Assembly: GCA_964494945.1 (NCBI GenBank) | Contig: CAZBTX010000004.1 | Coordinates: forward strand, 27,385 to 91,384 | Origin: an uncultured Candidatus Saccharibacteria bacterium | GTDB taxonomy: Bacteria > Patescibacteriota > Minisyncoccia > Sungbacterales > JACQCQ01 | Direction of reading: 5' to 3' | DNA: 64,000 bases | Made by a program: the position numbers and the translations under genes | Notes under the pieces: generated by a model | Seen by the model: the letters and a program-made list of their open reading frames with translations, nothing else | Databases searched by the model: none | Told to the model about the DNA's origin: nothing | In this document: one piece after another, positions 39,982 to 46,100 of the stretch | Layout: every line of letters begins with the position of its first letter | Numbering within the stretch: position 1 is the first letter of the stretch

Positions 39982-40093
39982 ATCCCGTTAGAAGCCGCGA
40001 TTGCGAAAGATAGGTTAAAAGTATGTCAATTTTTTCATTTAATATTCTATAAAGCAGAAAATGCGTTTGATCGTGATCTGCTTCTAACGGGAT
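39982..40093. mobile_element. Miniature element, CCCGTTAG...CTAACGGG family, copy 1 (at the hpf start codon)
   Basis: 14-bp perfect terminal inverted repeats; ATGA duplicated. Confidence 0.8.
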
Positions 40094-40505
40094 GAGATAC
40101 CAAATTCGTTATACAAAAGTTGACCCCTCGCCGGCGCTCACCGACTATATTGAGAAAAAAATTGTTGATGCCCTACAAAGATTGATCGGCGGGACGGGAG
40201 AGACGCCTTGGCAGATCTTGATAGAAGTGGGGCGCGATACCCTGCATCACAAAAAGGGCAATGTTTGGTTTGCTGAAGTATCCGGCGCCGGTCCTTATGG
40301 GCCACTCCGCGTTCGGGCCGAGGGGTCCGATATACATGAAGCGATTGATATTGCCGAAGACGACTTAAAGGCCAACCTTTCCAAATTAAAAGGCAGAATT
40401 GTCGCTAAGGGTCTGCGTGCCGCGCGCCGGGTGAAACGCATTATGCGCCTTTCGCGCTTCGCTCGTTTTTTCCGCAAAGGCAGAATTCGCGAAGAGGGCA
40501 TCTAA
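40092..40505 (+). CDS. raiA: Ribosome hibernation factor HPF/RaiA family
   Basis: PALTDYIEKKI, HHKKG.V..AE, DIHEAID. Confidence 0.75.
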   Translation: MRYQIRYTKVDPSPALTDYIEKKIVDALQRLIGGTGETPWQILIEVGRDTLHHKKGNVWFAEVSGAGPYGPLRVRAEGSDIHEAIDIAEDDLKANLSKLKGRIVAKGLRAARRVKRIMRLSRFARFFRKGRIREEGI

Positions 40506-40560
40506 TTTCCATATTCTTATAAAATTGCGTATCATGCCCTAATGAAAGGAGGTGGTTTTC

Positions 40561-40974
40561 GTGCCTTCCATACCGCTCGTTAACAAGTTCCAGCCGCTTA
40601 CCGAAGCGCCGCCGGAAGTTGCAGCGCTTCTTGACCGCACCAAAAGCACAAGTCATGCAAGGGCGCTGTTGTCGCTTCTCATTCAGTCCCCGGCGGGGAT
40701 TCAGATCGGCACATGCACAGGGGGCGCAGATGTAATCAAACTTCAGAAGTGCATCTCTTGGCTTGGTCGGGAGCCGGGAGCATTTCTTCGCTGGGGCGAA
40801 CTGCTTTCGGCAAAAAACGGGATTCGCTATCTTCTTCAGAGTGCCGGTCTCCAGTACGGCATCTGGTGCTCATGCCCCGACTGGCTTGGCGGACGAAGAA
40901 AAGGAAACTACCGCGGCGGGGAAGTTCCAGTTTCCGTAGGTCTTGTCGACAAACAGAAACCAGTAACAGAGTGA
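40561..40974 (+). CDS. Orphan hypothetical protein
   Basis: AGGAGG 8 nt before GTG 40561; followed by a terminator. Confidence 0.55.
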   Translation: MPSIPLVNKFQPLTEAPPEVAALLDRTKSTSHARALLSLLIQSPAGIQIGTCTGGADVIKLQKCISWLGREPGAFLRWGELLSAKNGIRYLLQSAGLQYGIWCSCPDWLGGRRKGNYRGGEVPVSVGLVDKQKPVTE

Positions 40975-40978
40975 CCGG

Positions 40979-41011
40979 GGCCGCATTCTTCGGGGTGCGG
41001 CCGCTTTTTTT
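40979..41011 (+). terminator. Intrinsic terminator
   Basis: ggccgcattc-TTCG-gggtgcggcc followed by a T-run. Confidence 0.75.
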
Positions 41012-41150
41012 ATTTAAACTTTATGACTATTATTGGTTTTTGTCATAGCAAAGTTCGTGAATAGAAAATCTGAATTATAAAATGCGAAATTTATTTTAAA
41101 GTTGTCAAGAATATTCACATTGCCATCGTTGGTTTTTCGTCAAGTTTGAG

Positions 41151-41159
41151 TTATCCACA
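41151..41159 (+). promoter_or_regulatory. DnaA box
   Basis: TTATCCACA inside an 18-bp string identical to 39640-39657. Confidence 0.6.
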
Positions 41160-41312
41160 GTTGAAGTTTTACGGGATTCTTGCAAAAATGAGAGCAGGAG
41201 TGAAAAAGAACGCTGAGACACTTAACGAAAGCGTTTAACATAAGGAAGTGCGAAACCAACGTCGTTCGGCGCGGTACGCGCTACCCCATGCGGAACGTTT
41301 CTCGAAAAGGAA

Positions 41313-41687
41313 ATGCATAAGTCGCTTCATATCCTCGCGGACCTCTATAACTGTCGCGGGGACGAAAAATATCTCACAAAGGTAAGCACGGTAAAAAAGA
41401 AAGTTTTGCAGATGATAAAGCGGGCCGGCTTTAAAGTTGTGGCTTCGCGTTTTCATAAATTTCCACCCGGCTCCAACGCGACCGAAGGCGGTATTACGGG
41501 CGTTATCGTGGTTTCGGAGTCGCACTTGACCATCCATACCTGGCCGGAAAAACATTACGTCAATTTTGACGTGTTCTTTTGCAGTTATTCGCGGGACAAC
41601 TCGCATAAGACCAGAAACATCTTCCGCGAATTTTCCTCGCTCTATAAACCAAAAAAACTTCGTAAGCGTGAAGTTTGGAGGGATTAA
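41313..41687 (+). CDS. speD: S-adenosylmethionine decarboxylase proenzyme, class 1B (SpeD/SpeH)
   Basis: HILADLYNC, GITGVIVVSESHLTIHTWPE, DVFFC. Confidence 0.9.
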   Translation: MHKSLHILADLYNCRGDEKYLTKVSTVKKKVLQMIKRAGFKVVASRFHKFPPGSNATEGGITGVIVVSESHLTIHTWPEKHYVNFDVFFCSYSRDNSHKTRNIFREFSSLYKPKKLRKREVWRD

Positions 41688-41822
41688 TCCCGTTAGAGGT
41701 CAGGTTTGCTCCGCGCAAACCGGCGGCAACCAAAACGGTTCCATAATAAGTAGTTTTAGAAAGGGTACTCGGTATTTCAAAGCAAGTTAACTTTCGAGGT
41801 TAGTTGCCTACCTCTAACGGGA
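41688..41822. mobile_element. Miniature element, CCCGTTAG...CTAACGGG family, copy 2 (at the speD stop codon)
   Basis: 13-bp terminal inverted repeats; GGGATTAA / GGGACTAA flanks. Confidence 0.75.
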
Positions 41823-41909
41823 CTAACCCAAGGCTCTAAAATAGCCCCGATGAGCCGGGGTCGTTTTTGGCTTCCTATAATCGCTTTTTTGTCTTAGAAT
41901 AATCCAGTT

Positions 41910-44642
41910 ATGGCCCTATTGGCTAAGATTTTCGGAGACGCCAATGAGCGCGCGGTGCGTGAGTATTTACCTATGGTGGCGGGTATCAACGCGCTTGAGC
42001 CGGAATTTAAAAAGTTATCGGAGGAGAATTTAAAAGCAAAAACAGCCGAATTCAAAGAGCGGATGAGCAAAGGAGAAACGTTGGATGACCTGCTCCCGGA
42101 GGCCTTTGCGACCGTTCGCGAAGCGTCCCAAAGAACGCTCGGCCAGCGGCATTTTGACGTGCAGTTAATGGGCGGTATGGCTTTGCACCAAGGAAAAATT
42201 TCAGAGATGAGGACAGGCGAAGGCAAAACTCTGGTAGCCACACTACCCGCGTATCTGAACGCGCTATTGAGTAAGGGAGTTCATATCGTAACGGTTAACG
42301 ACTATTTGGCGCGGAGAGACGCCGTGTGGATGGGGCAGATTCATCATGCCTTGGGGCTGACAGTGGGAGTATTGAATCATGAGGCGTCGTATATTTATGA
42401 TCCAACACACGAAAATCCAAATGATCAAAACAACTTAGACAAAACACGGGATACATTAGGAGCATTTAAGGTGGTGCATGAATTTTTGCGTCCCGTGACG
42501 CGCCGCGAAGCGTATGAGGCCGACATAACTTACGGCACCAATAATGAATACGGTTTTGATTATCTTCGCGACAACATGGTGTATGCAACGGCCCAACTCT
42601 CTCAAAGAGAGCACAATTTCGCCATCATTGACGAGGTGGACTCCATTTTAATAGATGAAGCCAGAACCCCGCTGATAATTTCGGCTCCCGATGAGGAATC
42701 CGGCGAGCTTTACAAGACCTTTTCGCAATTTGTGCCGCGCCTTTCAGCGCCCGACGACTTCACGATTGACGAAAAACTAAAAGCCGTGGCTATTACAGAG
42801 CATGGCATTGATAAGGTGGAGGGCATCATCGGCAAGAAACTTTACGAAGGCGGGCACGAAGCCGAGTCCATTAAATTAGTGCATCATCTAGAGCAAGCCC
42901 TAAGAGCTCATTCTTTGTATTTAAGAGATAGGGATTATGTGGTTAAGGATGGCGAGGTAATTATTGTTGACGAATTTACGGGGCGTTTAATGCCGGGCAG
43001 GCGCTGGTCGGAGGGATTGCATCAAGCGATTGAAGCCAAAGAGGGAGTTCAAATTCAGCGCGAATCAAAGACACTTGCCACTATTACCTTCCAGAATTAT
43101 TTCCGCATGTACCCGAAGTTAGCTGGTATGACGGGAACGGCCGCGACCAACGCCGAAGAATTTCATAAGGTTTATAAATTGGAAGTTGTTTCCGTTCTCA
43201 CTCACCGTCCTAATGTCCGCGAGGACAGGTCGGACCTGGTATTTCGCACCGAGAAGGGGAAATTCACAGCGCTGGCTCGAGAAATAAAACGTCTTAATCA
43301 AATTGAGGCGTCGGTGTTAATCGGCACTGTTTCCATTGAAAAGAACGAGCGGCTTTCCGAGATATTAAAGCGTGAAGGCGTGCCGCATAGGGTGTTAAAC
43401 GCCAAGAATCATGAAGAGGAAGCGGCGATTATCGCGCAAGCCGGGCGCAAGGGAGCTGTCACGGTTGCCACAAACTTAGCCGGTAGAGGTGTGGACATAA
43501 TTTTAGGCGGTAATCCACCAACCGCTGAAGAAGCGGAATTGGTAAAACAAAATGGGGGATTGCATGTTTTCGGCACGGAGCGGCACGAAGCGCGCCGCAT
43601 TGATAACCAGTTAAGAGGCCGCTCCGGACGCCAAGGCGACCCCGGCGTTACTCAATTTTATCTTTCACTGGAAGACGACCTAATGCGCGTTTTCGGCTCT
43701 TCACGCATTAAAAGCATGATGGAAAGTTTCGGCATTCCCGAAGACGAGCCGATAGAAAATCGCATGGTCTCTAAAGCCATTGAATCGGCCCAGGCCAAAA
43801 TTGAAGGATTCCATTTTGACGCCCGGAAGCATGTCTTGGAATACGACGACGTTATGAATAAACAGCGCGAAGCGATTTACAGAATGCGGAAATCCATTTT
43901 AGGTACAGCCGAAAATCCCGCGGTGCTACAGGTTCAAGTGCATGTAATGATACGCGACGAGGCATCAGCCATTGCCGAGGCACATGCAGCTGCTGAAAAT
44001 TTGGAAGAAGGCATTGATGAATTGAAGAAATTTATTGCCGCGTTCATCCCCGGCGATTTTGAGAACGAAGACCTTAAAAAACTGGATGAGGCCAAGAATC
44101 TCGGACGAGAAGGCGCGCGCGAGTTTTTGCAAGAAATAGTCGCCGAAATTTTGACGGCGGCGTATACGAGAAGAGAGAAGGATTTGGGTGAGCCGTTCTC
44201 GCAAGCGGTGCGAACGGTGATGCTCCAAACCATTGATTTTATTTGGATAGACCATCTGACGGAAATGGACCATTTACGCGATTCGGTGCGACTCCGCGCC
44301 TACGGCCAGCGCGACCCGTTGGTGGAATATAAAAATGAATCGGTGCGACTCTTTAGATTATTGCAAGCCAGCATCCGCCAATATTCCATCCAAACAATAT
44401 TTAGGGTGGGGGAGAAAACAGGAAACAGAACACAGGACACAGCGCGTCAAGAACCCAACTTGATTTTCCAATCGGCTAAAGATGAATCAAATTCCGCCGG
44501 CGCTAAAGTATATACGCCGTCAGCCAAAAAAGAACCCGGCCGCAACGACCCCTGCCCGTGTGGAGCGGTCAATCCCGCGACAGGGGAAGTATATAAATGG
44601 AAGAAATGTGGCATGGTTAATGCCTCATATCATAAGAAGTGA
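41910..44642 (+). CDS. secA: Preprotein translocase ATPase SecA with variant C-terminal tail
   Basis: [44 protein letters not shown]. Confidence 0.98.
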   Translation: [910 protein letters not shown]

Positions 44643-44676
44643 AGCGGAGTCCATCCGTAGCGAAGCGTAGGAGGAT

Positions 44677-44715
44677 GGAAGCGGGAAGAAATATAAAAAG
44701 TGTCACGGAACGTAA
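44677..44715 (+). pseudogene. Orphaned canonical SecA SEC-C tail [12 protein letters not shown]
   Basis: Exact continuation expected after CPC, out of frame and 35 bp downstream of the secA stop. Confidence 0.85.
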
Positions 44716-44718
44716 AAT

Positions 44719-44752
44719 AACATTCCAACATTCTGCAGAATGTTGGAATGTT
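44719..44752. repeat. 34-bp perfect palindrome, AACAT...ATGTT family, copy 2
   Basis: aacattccaacattctgcagaatgttggaatgtt. Confidence 0.9.
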
Positions 44753-44820
44753 TAGGGGTTTATCTTAAGCGAATTGAGGTGTGGCGCAGAGATATAGAGC
44801 AATAATGGTATTATCCTTAT

Positions 44821-45168
44821 ATGACTATGGAAGTTGTTAGAGAGCTGATATCGCGCGAGAAACTTAAAAGTATTGCCGAGAATCAATTTGGTAATTTGGT
44901 GAAGGCCGTAGTTGACATAGAACAAGAGATTATGGTCATTGGCGGGGAATTGCACGCGGATGAAGAAGCCGTATTGATTGAGCAAGGATCAAATCAGCGA
45001 AATCTTTGGGGCATTAATCTCTATCCCGCCAAAACCGGAGACGATTTTATAGAGTTTGATTCAATGATCAATATACGTCCTTCGCAAAATAATAACTCAG
45101 GAAGCGTGGGAGATGCTGGAATACGGGAGAAAATACGCGCTATCATCGCAAAATTAATAAAGGATTAA
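44821..45168 (+). CDS. DUF5674-like protein
   Basis: VKAVVDIE, GGELHADEE, LWGINLYP, FDSMINIRP. Confidence 0.75.
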   Translation: MTMEVVRELISREKLKSIAENQFGNLVKAVVDIEQEIMVIGGELHADEEAVLIEQGSNQRNLWGINLYPAKTGDDFIEFDSMINIRPSQNNNSGSVGDAGIREKIRAIIAKLIKD

Positions 45169-45169
45169 T

Positions 45170-45502
45170 ATGCTGCATCAGCACGCAGAACTTTCAAGGG
45201 GCGGATGGCAGAAACTTTCTTTGGTGGAACAACTTGGGAATATCGGGAGCGAAGTTGGAAGAGCCGCGAAGTGGCAAGGGAAGGATGACGAGAACTTCAA
45301 AGCGTCTTTCGTGCGCGCGCTGGATTTATTAGATCTAACCATGCAGGATCCGCGCTGGAGCAAGAGCTTAAAAGAAATCGCTAGAGTCCGGGAGCTGTTG
45401 TGTGAAGCGGTATTCGGCGACAGAAAAAAATATAATACAACACTCGAGGACATCGATCGCTATTTTTACCAGTTTGCGCTAGCCGCACGTTTAAAAACTT
45501 AG
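45170..45502 (+). CDS. Small all-helical hypothetical protein coupled to the DUF5674-like gene
   Basis: 1-bp gap; EQLGNIGSEVGRA, RALDLLDLT, EIARVRE. Confidence 0.7.
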   Translation: MLHQHAELSRGGWQKLSLVEQLGNIGSEVGRAAKWQGKDDENFKASFVRALDLLDLTMQDPRWSKSLKEIARVRELLCEAVFGDRKKYNTTLEDIDRYFYQFALAARLKT

Positions 45503-45563
45503 TTTCATTTATATCGCATAACAAAAAGTGACAACCGATTCGCGCGTCTCAACACAAACCTAA

Positions 45564-45593
45564 CCACTACCATACTCTAGAGTATGGTAGTGG
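45564..45593. repeat. Perfect 30-bp palindrome
   Basis: ccactaccatactctagagtatggtagtgg. Confidence 0.85.
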
Positions 45594-45660
45594 AACAAAG
45601 TTGAGGGTTTTTTAATACAGAGGGGTATCGGAAGATGGTTGCGATAAAATAAATCTTTGT

Positions 45661-45689
45661 TTGACAGGATTTTGTGACTTTGCTATAAA
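45661..45689 (+). promoter_or_regulatory. Near-consensus sigma70 promoter
   Basis: TTGACA-17-TATAAA with extended -10 TG. Confidence 0.75.
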
Positions 45690-45694
45690 GGATT

Positions 45695-45868
45695 TGCTAT
45701 GCAGATAGCAGTACGACAATTGAAGCATTGGTGGCATCCTCTTTGTGAGAGAGGCCAGTGAGTTGTCGTCCCAATAGGCGGAAAAGCTCCCCAAGAACGT
45801 TGGCCTCTTTCAAAAGAGGTTTTCGCGTTTTTAGGGAGCTTTTTGCGTATATCGCGCCAGGAGGTGCG
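45695..45868 (+). ncRNA. Candidate structured RNA leader (two long G-U-containing hairpins plus small hairpins)
   Basis: acgacaatt/agttgtcgt + cattgg/ccagtg + cctct/agagg; aaaagctccc/gggagctttt + aagaacg/cgttttt + cctctt/aagagg. Confidence 0.55.
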
Positions 45869-45895
45869 AAAAACTAAGAAAGGGGGTGGTGCCGC

Positions 45896-45919
45896 ATGCA
45901 CGGCCACGGCGGAAAGTAA
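45896..45919 (+). CDS. Micro-ORF MHGHGGK
   Basis: GAAAGGGGGTG SD 7 nt upstream; paralogous to the next micro-ORF. Confidence 0.55.
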   Translation: MHGHGGK

Positions 45920-45965
45920 CTGGGGGTCGAGAAGTTTACTCAATCCATGAAAGGGGGTGAGAATA

Positions 45966-45986
45966 ATGCACGGCTGGGGCAAGTAG
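45966..45986 (+). CDS. Micro-ORF MHGWGK
   Basis: Identical GAAAGGGGGTG SD 6 nt upstream. Confidence 0.55.
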   Translation: MHGWGK

Positions 45987-45993
45987 GCAGTAC

Positions 45994-46021
45994 GGAGGTG
46001 CGGACATCGGTCCGCACCTCC
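45994..46021 (+). terminator. 12-bp GC hairpin closing the micro-ORF unit (no U-tract)
   Basis: ggaggtgcggac-atcg-gtccgcacctcc. Confidence 0.55.
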
Positions 46022-46100
46022 CCATAAATCCCCTATGATACAATTTATGTTTATTGAAACAAGCCGCAAAAAGATTTAGACTAAGCCAACTCTCAAAAAC

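Noticed and set aside
39640-41160. Replication origin
   Set aside because: Only two isolated DnaA boxes 1.5 kb apart, no dnaA/dnaN, and skew could not be computed.
44482-44670. +1 frameshift joining SecA to the canonical tail
   Set aside because: An in-frame TAG at 44668-44670 precedes the tail, and no slippery site is evident.
45690-46021. tmRNA, RNase P RNA, SRP RNA or tRNA
   Set aside because: No tRNA-like ends or T-loop, no GAGGAAAGTCC and no SRP domain IV motif seen.
45683-46069. 128-aa minus-strand ORF
   Set aside because: Antisense to the promoter/SD-supported unit, with no recognisable motifs.
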